Assembly (NCBI GenBank): GCA_964384995.1
Contig: CAYLMJ010000011.1
Location: forward strand, 4,417 to 68,416
Direction of reading: 5' to 3'
DNA from: an uncultured archaeon
GTDB lineage: Archaea; Thermoplasmatota; Poseidoniia; MGIII; CAYLMJ01
Length of the DNA: 64,000 nucleotides
In this document: piece by piece, positions 42,342-50,631 of the stretch
Numbering within the stretch: position 1 is the stretch's first letter
Layout of the letters: every line of letters begins with the position of its first letter
Made by a program: the position numbers and the translations under genes
The notes under the pieces: model-generated
Database searches by the model: none
Seen by the model: only the letters and a program-made list of their open reading frames with translations
What the model was told of the DNA's origin: nothing

Positions 42342-43484
42342 TCATTTCTGCAATTCCCTGGCGATGATGTCCAGGTTGATGGTCTGGGTGCCGCCACCGT
42401 AGAGGAACCAGCGGGCGTCCCGCAGGTAGCGCTGGGGTCCCAGCTCCAGGGAGGTGCCCAGGGCCCCGAAGATGCGCCCGGCCTGCTCGGCGCAGTCGAT
42501 GGAGGTCTCGGTGGCCACGAACTTGGCCATGGCCGACTCCTTGTTCACCGGCAGATCCTTGTCCATGCGCCAGGCGGCCTGGTAGATGAGCAGACGGCTG
42601 GTCTCGATGTCCATGGCCATCTGAGCCAGCTTGTGGGCCATGGCCTGGAACTTGACGATGGGCCGGCCGAAGGCCCGTCTCTGCTGGGCGTAGGCGATGG
42701 AGTCCTCCAGGGCCGCCCGGGAGACGCCCAGGGCCAGGGCCCCGGTGTGGACCCGGATGTCGTTGAGCACTCCCCGCAGGAGCGGGAAGCCCTGGCCCTC
42801 CTTGCCGCCAAAGAGGTTCTCGACGGGGATCTCCACGTTGCGCAGGTTGACCTCGTAGCAATGGACCCCCCAGGCCGATAGCTTGGGGATCTCGCTGCCC
42901 ACCTCCAGGCCGGGGGTGTCGGCGTCCACCAGGAAGAGGTCGATGCCCTTGAAGCCGGCCTCGGGGTCGGTCTTGGCCGCCACGGTGAAGTAGTCGGCCC
43001 GGTCGGCGCCGGTGATCCAGCTCTTGGAGCCGTCCAGCAGGTAGGTGTCGCCCTGGCGCACGGCGGTGGTGGCGATGGCCCCCAGGTCGGTGCCGCCAAG
43101 GGGCTCGGTCATGCAGATGCCGCCGGTCTTCTCGCCCTTGATGGCCGGGTAGAGCAGACGTTCCTTCTGCTCCTCGGTGCCGCAGCGGTAGACGAACTCG
43201 GTGCCCATCAGACACTGCATCATGGTGGCGGCGGCCACCGACAGGTAGCCTCTGGCCAGCTCCTCCAGCATGATGGCGAAGAGGACATTGTCGCCTCCCT
43301 GACCACCTATCTCCTCTGGGTAGCGCAGGCCGTAGTAACCCATGTCGGCGATGGCCTTGTAGAGCTCCTCGGGGATGGTGTGCTCCTTTTCCATCTGGTC
43401 AACGCGGGGGTAGATCTGCTGTTCCACGAACTCGGCGACGGTGCGGCGGAAGAGCTCCTGCTCGGTAGAGAAGGCGAAATCCAT
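42342..43484 (-). CDS. acyl-CoA dehydrogenase
   Basis: 380 aa. MDFAFSTEQELFRRTVAEFV..., CMTEPLGGTDLGAI, and a typical C-terminal helical domain ending YGGGTQTINLDIIAREL. Confidence 0.9.
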   Translation of the reverse strand: MDFAFSTEQELFRRTVAEFVEQQIYPRVDQMEKEHTIPEELYKAIADMGYYGLRYPEEIGGQGGDNVLFAIMLEELARGYLSVAAATMMQCLMGTEFVYRCGTEEQKERLLYPAIKGEKTGGICMTEPLGGTDLGAIATTAVRQGDTYLLDGSKSWITGADRADYFTVAAKTDPEAGFKGIDLFLVDADTPGLEVGSEIPKLSAWGVHCYEVNLRNVEIPVENLFGGKEGQGFPLLRGVLNDIRVHTGALALGVSRAALEDSIAYAQQRRAFGRPIVKFQAMAHKLAQMAMDIETSRLLIYQAAWRMDKDLPVNKESAMAKFVATETSIDCAEQAGRIFGALGTSLELGPQRYLRDARWFLYGGGTQTINLDIIARELQK

Positions 43485-43589
43485 CTGGCGGCCTCATCCC
43501 CTGACGGCTATTGCCTCGGGGAAGGGGGCATGGGCCATCGAGGGTTTAAGGATTGGTAATACCCAGACCCGGAGAGGTCCGTACCGACC

Positions 43590-43808
43590 TCAAGACGGGC
43601 TTCGTTCATCGCCCTCGTCCAGGACCCGCTTCACTCGGCCCACCTGACCCGAGGCTAGTCTGACCTTGATGCCGTGGGGATGGGTGGCCGACCTCGTCAG
43701 GATGGAGGCGATGACGCCCTCGGTGAGGTTGCCCGACCGCTGGTCCCGCTTCTGGACCACGGCCACCCTCATCCCGGGTCTCAGGTCTTTGCGCTGTATG
43801 GTGGTCAT
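43590..43808 (-). CDS. YwbE/DUF2196-family small protein
   Basis: 72 aa. GMRVAVVQKRDQRSGNLTEGVIASILTRSATHPHGIKVRLASGQVGRV matches the YwbE signature (THPHGIKVRL). Confidence 0.65.
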   Translation of the reverse strand: MTTIQRKDLRPGMRVAVVQKRDQRSGNLTEGVIASILTRSATHPHGIKVRLASGQVGRVKRVLDEGDERSPS

Positions 43809-43820
43809 GGACTCGCGCCT

Positions 43821-44606
43821 TTACTCCGTGAGGCGCTTCCGCCTTTTAACCGATGGCCTTCTCCACAGTTCCTTGCTACCCTTCGCTTTGGCATTTCGAT
43901 AGATGTTCTCCAGGCGGTCAATCTCGGAGACGAAGTCCCGCTTGTCGACGGCATATTCGCCCACGATATGTTGCAAATTCTCCTCGGGTTTGTATCCCAA
44001 ACCGCCCCAGAAGATGTCACTGATGATTACCTGCTCATCTTGATGGGATACATTCCAGTAAATGGTTTCACAACAACCGCTGCACCCGCAACCTCGCGTT
44101 AATAATTCGCTCTCCACACTGGGTTGGACCTGATCATCGACAATGAGGTCCTGGTTCCTGGACTTAAGGAAGGGTTCGATATTGATGCGGGTGGTATGGG
44201 AGAGGACCACGAGTTCATCCTTGTAGACCAGGCGTAGGATGTTGAAGTAGTGCAGGCATATCTCGAGGTTCCCCTCGAACCGCCCTTTTTCACCACCACT
44301 GTGGAAGGCATGGGCCAGATTGATCTTGAAGGCCTTGAACCGGGCTCGCTTCAGGCACGTCAGGAAGCGACCGATGGCCTCCCGGTGGTCGGGCTTCTGA
44401 TTGGCGATCTTCCTTAGATACTGGTAGACGATGTTGCGGGAGCGATCATCAGTATAGCTCCTCCGTGATATCTCAGCTATTAGCTCGTTGACGGTTTCGA
44501 CATCGGTTCCCATGAATCTGTTCAACTCTTTGAAGAAGTCCCGCCTCTCCTTCCCCTGGTTGTAGGGTGTGGGAGGTCTTTGTTTCGGTTCTTGGTCTGT
44601 GTTCAT
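43821..44606 (-). CDS. orphan protein with a CGCSGCC cluster, encoded in a markedly lower-G+C segment
   Basis: 261-aa ORF, with its ATG overlapping the upstream stop (ATGA at 44603-44606). No recognisable domain. Basic tail RRPSVKRRKRLTE. Confidence 0.5.
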   Translation of the reverse strand: MNTDQEPKQRPPTPYNQGKERRDFFKELNRFMGTDVETVNELIAEISRRSYTDDRSRNIVYQYLRKIANQKPDHREAIGRFLTCLKRARFKAFKINLAHAFHSGGEKGRFEGNLEICLHYFNILRLVYKDELVVLSHTTRINIEPFLKSRNQDLIVDDQVQPSVESELLTRGCGCSGCCETIYWNVSHQDEQVIISDIFWGGLGYKPEENLQHIVGEYAVDKRDFVSEIDRLENIYRNAKAKGSKELWRRPSVKRRKRLTE

Positions 44607-45112
44607 TCCTGTTTGGCCTCCCGTTCCTGATAAACCCTGTTGAACTTCAGGATGTAGAGGGCTAGGAAGATGAGGGTCGTGACACCGGCGATGAGGTAGA
44701 TGCGGGGGGCGGCCAGGTCGCTGCTAAGATACAACGGATTGCCATCCTTGGGGTGAAAGGGGTTCATCTCGGAGTAGATGAGGGAGTCGTAGAGGATGTG
44801 GGAGAAGGTGCCGAGGAAGGCCCCCAGGGTGATGGAGCGCAGATTGGCCTCCGGCTCCCAGCAGAAGAACTCCTTCAGCCTCGCCACCGGTTTCCTGAGC
44901 AGCCAGGCGACTCCGATGATGACCAGGGCCATGGCGGTGGCCCCGGCGAAGGTGTGTAGGTGGCCGTGGATGGGCGATCCCCATGCCACGTAGGCGAAGA
45001 ACTCCAGGTCGATGAGCACACTCCCCAGCGCGGCGGCAAAGAGGTCCACTCTCCCGGGCCAGCGATGGGCCAGCAGGCCGGGCAGGCCGATGTGGAGGGG
45101 TGTGACGGGCAT
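44603..45112 (-). CDS. membrane protein of the DUF4184/YdjM-like (putative metal-dependent hydrolase) type
   Basis: 169 aa. MPVTPLHIGLPGLLAHRWP...IDLEFFAY...PIHGHLHTFAG...SHILYDSLIYSEMNPFHP has conserved His/Asp between TM helices. Confidence 0.45.
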   Translation of the reverse strand: MPVTPLHIGLPGLLAHRWPGRVDLFAAALGSVLIDLEFFAYVAWGSPIHGHLHTFAGATAMALVIIGVAWLLRKPVARLKEFFCWEPEANLRSITLGAFLGTFSHILYDSLIYSEMNPFHPKDGNPLYLSSDLAAPRIYLIAGVTTLIFLALYILKFNRVYQEREAKQE

Positions 45113-45235
45113 CCGATGATGGCAAGGCTCCAGGATAATTGAATGCTGGGGTCCAAACCCCGGGCTGGACCAGCATTGCCAATCCGGCCTCCTTTTTTAG
45201 CCGCCCGCCTTTGCCAGGACTCCCGGGAGATCACC

Positions 45236-47335
45236 ATGCGCATCGGCATCGACGTGGGCGGTACCTTCACCGACTTTCTGCTGACCACCGACGACAACCA
45301 GTTCGAGGTCTACAAGGTTCTGTCGACCCCGCCCGACCCCTCGGAGGGGGTGCTCACCGGCCTGCGGGAGATGGCCGCCGCTCACTCGCTGGAGCTGGCC
45401 GCCTTCCTGGACCGGGTGGAGACCATCGTCCATGGCACCACGGTGACCACCAACGCCGTGCTCACCTACAACGGGGCCAGGACAGGCCTGCTCACCACCC
45501 ACGGGGTCCGCGACGCTCTGGAGATGCGCCGGGGCATCCGCGAGGAGCAGTACAACAACCGCTACACCAACGTGAAGCCCCTGGTGCCCCGCTACCTTCG
45601 CCATCCGGTGCGGGGACGCCTGGACGCCGCGGGACAGGAGCTGGAGGCCCTGGAGGAGGGTGACATCAAGGCCGGCCTGCAGCTGTTCCAAAAGGAGGGC
45701 GTCGAGGCGGTGGCGGTCTGCTACATGAACGCCTTTGCCGACCCCGACCACGAGGCCCGCACCGCAAAAATGGTGCACAAGGCCATGCCCGAGGCCTATC
45801 TCACCACCTCTACCGAACTGCTCCCCTCCATCCGCTTCTACGACCGCCTCTCCACCACGGTCCTCAACTCCTACGTCGGCCCCATCCTGCGCTCCTATCT
45901 GCGCTCCCTCACAGCCAGGCTTGCGGAGGCGGGCTTTGGCGGGGTCCTGCTCATCATGCAGTCCAACGGCGGGGTCATCGCCCCCGAGGTGGCCATCGAC
46001 ACCGCGGCGGCCACCCTGCTGTCGGGACCGGCGGGAGGCCCGGTGGCGGCCCTGACCTATGCCGGGCTCCATGGCCATCGCGACTGCCTTACCATGGACA
46101 TGGGCGGCACCTCGTTCGACGCCGCCCTCATCCGTGACGGTCAGCCCCTGGTGACCACCGAGGGGGAGATCAACCGCCTGCGGCTGGCCCTGCCCATGCT
46201 GGGCATCCACACCATCGGCGCCGGCGGCGGCTCCATCGCCTGGCTGGACGAGGGCGGCCTCCTGCGCATGGGCCCCCAGAGCGCGGGGGCCAATCCCGGA
46301 CCTGTGAGCTACGGCCTGGGGGGTGAGCGGCCCACCTGCACCGACGCCAACCTCCTGCTGGGCTACCTGGACCCCGATTACTTCGCCGGTGGTCGCATGC
46401 CCCTGGACAGGGTGGCGGCCGCGGCCGCGGTAACCTCACAGATAGCGGAACCCCTGGGCCTGAGCCTCACCGAGGCGGTGGCCGGAATGTACCAGGTCAT
46501 CAACGTCAACATGGCCGCCGGGGTCCGCGAGATAACCATCAAGCGGGGTCACGACCCCCGGGACTTCCCCTTGGTCGTGGCCGGCGGGGCCGGTCCTTTG
46601 CATGGCTGCGCCATCGCCTCCGAGCTGGAGATACCCTTCCTGCTGGTGCCCCGGGAGTCATCCATCTTCTGCGCCGCCGGGATGCTGATGTCCGACCTGA
46701 GCCACGACTTCGTGCGCACCCACCCGGCCGACCTGCTGGACCTGGACCCGGCCGTTCTGCGGGAGCTCTACGATGAGATGGAACACCGGGGTCGCGACCT
46801 GCTGGAGCTGGAGAACATCCCCGAGGCGCGGATGGAACTGCACCCTTCGCTGGACCTGCGCTACCAGAAGCAGTATCACGAGGTGACGGTGTCGGTGACC
46901 ATGGATGAGATAGCCCGGGGTGATATGGCGGCCATGGCCTCCCGCTTCCATCCCGAGCACAACCGGCTCTACGGCTACTCCCTGGAGGAGGAGGGCACCC
47001 CGGTGGAGCTCATCAACTGCCGCCTGCGGGCAACGGGCCGCACCGAGAAGCCCCGCTTCACCACCGAGGCCATGACCGAGGTGCCGCTGGACCGGGCCCT
47101 CAAGGGTCACCGGGAGGCCTACCTGCCCGCCGCCAACGCCTTTGCCAAGGTGCCGGTGTACGACGGACTGGCCCTGTTGCACGGCCACACCTTCGATGGC
47201 CCCGCCCTGGTGGAACAGCCCAACACCACCCTGATGGTCATGCCCGAGTACCGCCTGCGGGTGGATGGCTACGGCAGTTACGTGGTCTACCTGAAGGAGC
47301 GGGAAGAGGAGATGGCGGGGAGGTTGAAGGCATGA
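45236..47335 (+). CDS. hyuA: hydantoinase/oxoprolinase family, A (ATP-hydrolysing) subunit
   Basis: Start at ATG 45236: MRIGIDVGGTFTDFLL..., TMDMGGTSFD, IGAGGGSIAW. Confidence 0.85.
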   Translation: MRIGIDVGGTFTDFLLTTDDNQFEVYKVLSTPPDPSEGVLTGLREMAAAHSLELAAFLDRVETIVHGTTVTTNAVLTYNGARTGLLTTHGVRDALEMRRGIREEQYNNRYTNVKPLVPRYLRHPVRGRLDAAGQELEALEEGDIKAGLQLFQKEGVEAVAVCYMNAFADPDHEARTAKMVHKAMPEAYLTTSTELLPSIRFYDRLSTTVLNSYVGPILRSYLRSLTARLAEAGFGGVLLIMQSNGGVIAPEVAIDTAAATLLSGPAGGPVAALTYAGLHGHRDCLTMDMGGTSFDAALIRDGQPLVTTEGEINRLRLALPMLGIHTIGAGGGSIAWLDEGGLLRMGPQSAGANPGPVSYGLGGERPTCTDANLLLGYLDPDYFAGGRMPLDRVAAAAAVTSQIAEPLGLSLTEAVAGMYQVINVNMAAGVREITIKRGHDPRDFPLVVAGGAGPLHGCAIASELEIPFLLVPRESSIFCAAGMLMSDLSHDFVRTHPADLLDLDPAVLRELYDEMEHRGRDLLELENIPEARMELHPSLDLRYQKQYHEVTVSVTMDEIARGDMAAMASRFHPEHNRLYGYSLEEEGTPVELINCRLRATGRTEKPRFTTEAMTEVPLDRALKGHREAYLPAANAFAKVPVYDGLALLHGHTFDGPALVEQPNTTLMVMPEYRLRVDGYGSYVVYLKEREEEMAGRLKA

Positions 47336-47402
47336 GGCTGCAAAGGTTTGATGCGATTGGGGTCAAGAGGAGGCTGAAGGCATGAGGAGGGAGCAGGCAT
47401 GA
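47332..47402 (+). promoter_or_regulatory. two micro-ORFs (17 and 6 codons) chaining hyuA to hyuB through three successive ATGA overlaps
   Basis: ATG 47332 overlaps hyuA TGA 47333-35. MRLQRFDAIGVKRRLKA stops at TGA 47383-85, overlapping ATG 47382. MRREQA stops at TGA 47400-02, overlapping hyuB ATG 47399. Confidence 0.4.
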
Positions 47403-49081
47403 GCGTGCCCATAGACAAGATCCTGGCCTCGGTGCTCCAGTGCCGGTTCAAGTCCATCACCGAGGAGATGTCCCTTGCCCTGACCAAGACCACCCGCAGT
47501 CCCATCCTGTGCGAGGCCAAGGACTTCGTCACCGGGCTCTACGACGCGGAAGGCAACATGCTTGAGCAGACCGAGAACCTGCCCATCCTTTCCTTCTCGC
47601 TGGCTCCCGTGTGCAAGTACATCCGGGAGTACTTCGGCGACGAGCTCTACCCCGGCGATGTCATCTTCCACAACGACGTCTTCTCCATGGGCAACCAGAA
47701 CAACGACGTGGCCGTCTACAAGCCCATCTTCCATGACGAGACCCTGGTGGGCTGGTCGGCGTGCAAGGGCCATCAGGCCGATATCGGCGGGGCGGTGGCG
47801 GGCGGCTACAATCCCCAGGCCACCGAGGTGTGGCAGGAGGCCCTGCGCATACCACCGGTGAAGGTCTACGAGAAGGGCAAACTGCGCAAGGATGTCTGGG
47901 ATCTCATCTTCGCCAACATCCGCTTCCCCATCGTGGCCGAGGACATGAAGGCCGAGATAGGCTCATGCGTCGTGGGCGAGCGGGGCCTGCTGAGGGTCGT
48001 CGAGCGCTACGGCATCGAGGTCTTTGAGGCCCACAAGCGCTACCTCTTCGATGCCACCGAGCGGATGATGCGGGCCGAGATAGCCACCATCCCCGAGGGC
48101 ACATACCAGGGCGAGGCCACCGTCTACTACGACGGCCGGACCCCGGGGAGCACCTACCAGATCCGGGTGACCATCACCGTCACCAAGGACAGCATCCGTT
48201 TCGACTACTCCGACACCGACGGCCAGACCGATGGCTTCGTCAACGGCACCTACACAAGCTCGGCCTCGGCCACCATCCTGACCTTCCTGCAGATGGTGAA
48301 CCCCGACCTGCCCCACAACGAGGGCATGGTGCGGCCCATCGAGATAATCATCCCCGAGGGCACCATCCTCAACGCCAGGTTCCCGGCGGCGACGACCTTT
48401 GGCAACCACCTCTGCCCACCCAACGCCGACGCCATCATCCGGGCCCTGGCCCCGGCCATCCCCGAGCGGGTGACCGCCGGCTGGAACGCCCTGCTGTGCC
48501 AGCTCACCACCGGCACCGACCCCCGCAAGGAACTGCCCTACGTGGACATAGGCTTCATGGGCCTCAAGGGCGGCTCGGGGGCCACCAAGGGTGTGCCGGG
48601 CTACGACCACATCGGGATGATCGACGCCTCGGGGGGCCTGCTGGACCAGGACTACGAGATGTTCGAACAGCAGACGCCCCACCGCCTGCTCCAGCATGAG
48701 TTCCTGAGGGACTCCTACGGCGCGGGACAGTGGCGAGGTGGCTTGGGCGTGGTGACGGCCTTTGAGATCGGCAGTGACGACACCAAGGTGGTGACCTTCG
48801 GCGATGGAGACGTGGAGCCTGCCTTCGGCCTATTCGGCGGCGGTGTGGGGAGCCTCAATCGCATGGAACTGCGCTACCCCGACGGCAAGGTCTACACCAC
48901 GACGACCAAGGACCTCATCGAGGGCGTTCCCAGGGGCACCATCCTCTACCAGGAGGCAGGGGGCGGTGGAGGCTACGGCGACCCGAAGAAGCGCAAGGAG
49001 GAGCTGGTGGAAGACGAGGTGCGCGACGGCCTGCTGAGCAAGGAGAAGGCCAAGGCCGATTACGGGTTCGAGGTGGATTAG
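47399..49081 (+). CDS. hyuB: hydantoinase/oxoprolinase family, B subunit
   Basis: 560 aa with typical Hydantoinase_B blocks (AKDFVTGLYDAEGNMLEQ..., HQADIGGAVAGGYNP, GGGGYGDP). Confidence 0.85.
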   Translation: MSVPIDKILASVLQCRFKSITEEMSLALTKTTRSPILCEAKDFVTGLYDAEGNMLEQTENLPILSFSLAPVCKYIREYFGDELYPGDVIFHNDVFSMGNQNNDVAVYKPIFHDETLVGWSACKGHQADIGGAVAGGYNPQATEVWQEALRIPPVKVYEKGKLRKDVWDLIFANIRFPIVAEDMKAEIGSCVVGERGLLRVVERYGIEVFEAHKRYLFDATERMMRAEIATIPEGTYQGEATVYYDGRTPGSTYQIRVTITVTKDSIRFDYSDTDGQTDGFVNGTYTSSASATILTFLQMVNPDLPHNEGMVRPIEIIIPEGTILNARFPAATTFGNHLCPPNADAIIRALAPAIPERVTAGWNALLCQLTTGTDPRKELPYVDIGFMGLKGGSGATKGVPGYDHIGMIDASGGLLDQDYEMFEQQTPHRLLQHEFLRDSYGAGQWRGGLGVVTAFEIGSDDTKVVTFGDGDVEPAFGLFGGGVGSLNRMELRYPDGKVYTTTTKDLIEGVPRGTILYQEAGGGGGYGDPKKRKEELVEDEVRDGLLSKEKAKADYGFEVD

Positions 49082-49167
49082 TCTAACAGCCAAACAGCCA
49101 AACAGGCAATTGATAGGTTCCCGTACCCACACAGCTATTAACCTCCCCATCTCCCTCCCGCCTCACC

Positions 49168-50571
49168 ATGCGACCGTTCGAACCCAACGCGCTCATCGAG
49201 CCCTTCAAGATCAAGATGGTGGAGCCCCTGCCCCGTCCCTCCCTCAGACAGCGGGGCGAGGCCCTCAAGCGGGCCCGGTTCAATCTCTTCGGCCTGAAGG
49301 CTGGCGAAGTGCTCATCGATCTTATGACCGACTCGGGGACCTCGGCCATGAGCCAGGGCCAGTGGGCGGGGATGCTGCTGGGCGACGAGTCCTACGCCGG
49401 GGCCCGCTCATTCTCCCGCTTCCATCACGCCATCCAGGAGGTCACTGGTCTTGCGCACATCATCCCCTGCCATCAGGGGCGGGCGGCGGAGCGGATGCTC
49501 TTCTCACTCGTCGGCGGCGAGGGCAAGGCGGTGCCCGGCAACACCCACTTTGACACCACCCGGGCCAACATCGAGCGCTCCAGGGCGGACGCTCTGGATT
49601 TCGTCATCCCCGAGGGTCTCGACCCCTCCTCCGAGCATCCCTTCAAGGGCAACGTGGACATCGCCGGCTTTGGCGACTGGCTGGCCGAGCATCATGAACA
49701 GGTCCCGCTCTTCATCCTCACCGTCACCAACAACTCGGGCGGGGGCCAGCCGGTGTCCCTGGCCAACATGCGAGCCCTGAAGGAACTGCTGGACGGGTAC
49801 GACATCCCCCTGTTCCTTGATGCCGCCCGCTTTGCCGAGAACGCCTACTTCATCAAGTTGAGGGAGCCCGGCTACTCCGACCGGACGCCCAAGGAGATCG
49901 CAAAGGAGATGTTCGGACTGGCCGACGGGGCCATGATGTCCATGAAGAAGGACGCCTTTGGCAACATCGGCGGCTTCCTGGCGCTCAACGACGACGAGCT
50001 GGCTCAGCAGTGCCGCAACCTGCTCATCATCGGCGAGGGCTTCCCCACCTATGGCGGTCTGGCCGGCCGTGACCTGGAAGCCCTGGCCGTGGGCCTGACC
50101 GAGGTGCTGGACGAGCATTACCTGGAGTACCGCATCGCCTCCACCGCCTACCTCTGGCGCCACCTGGACCGGGAAGGGGTGCCCCTCCTGCGACCGGCCG
50201 GCGGCCACGCCGTCTACCTGGATGGCCGGGCCTTCCTGCCCCACATCGAGCCGGCCGAACTGCCGGGTCAGGCCCTGTCGGTGGCCCTCTACCAGACCGC
50301 CGGCATCCGCTCGGTGGAGATCGGCACCGTGATGTTCGGCAGGACCGACCCCGACACGGGTCTGCAGTTACCGGCCTCCATGGACCTGGTGCGCCTGGCC
50401 ATCCCCCGCCGGGTCTACACCCAGTCCCACATCGACTACGTGGTGGAGGGCGTCACCCACGTGTTCCAGGAGCGGGATTCCATCGGCGGCTACCGGCTGG
50501 TGGACGAGCCCCCGGCCCTGCGCCACTTCACCTGCGGTTTTGAGCCCATCGACTGGGACCCGCTGGGCTGA
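49168..50571 (+). CDS. beta-eliminating lyase: tryptophanase / tyrosine phenol-lyase family
   Basis: EPFKIKMVEP..., IDLMTDSGTSAMS, HQGRAAE, PLP-Lys block MSMKKDAFGNIGGFLAL, GGHAVYLD. The residues I can read do not separate Trp-ase from TPL. Confidence 0.85.
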   Translation: MRPFEPNALIEPFKIKMVEPLPRPSLRQRGEALKRARFNLFGLKAGEVLIDLMTDSGTSAMSQGQWAGMLLGDESYAGARSFSRFHHAIQEVTGLAHIIPCHQGRAAERMLFSLVGGEGKAVPGNTHFDTTRANIERSRADALDFVIPEGLDPSSEHPFKGNVDIAGFGDWLAEHHEQVPLFILTVTNNSGGGQPVSLANMRALKELLDGYDIPLFLDAARFAENAYFIKLREPGYSDRTPKEIAKEMFGLADGAMMSMKKDAFGNIGGFLALNDDELAQQCRNLLIIGEGFPTYGGLAGRDLEALAVGLTEVLDEHYLEYRIASTAYLWRHLDREGVPLLRPAGGHAVYLDGRAFLPHIEPAELPGQALSVALYQTAGIRSVEIGTVMFGRTDPDTGLQLPASMDLVRLAIPRRVYTQSHIDYVVEGVTHVFQERDSIGGYRLVDEPPALRHFTCGFEPIDWDPLG

Positions 50572-50631
50572 ACCCCGCCCCAACCTGCCGCACAGGCCAA
50601 CGAGCCAACAAGAAAATTTATAAACTATCAG

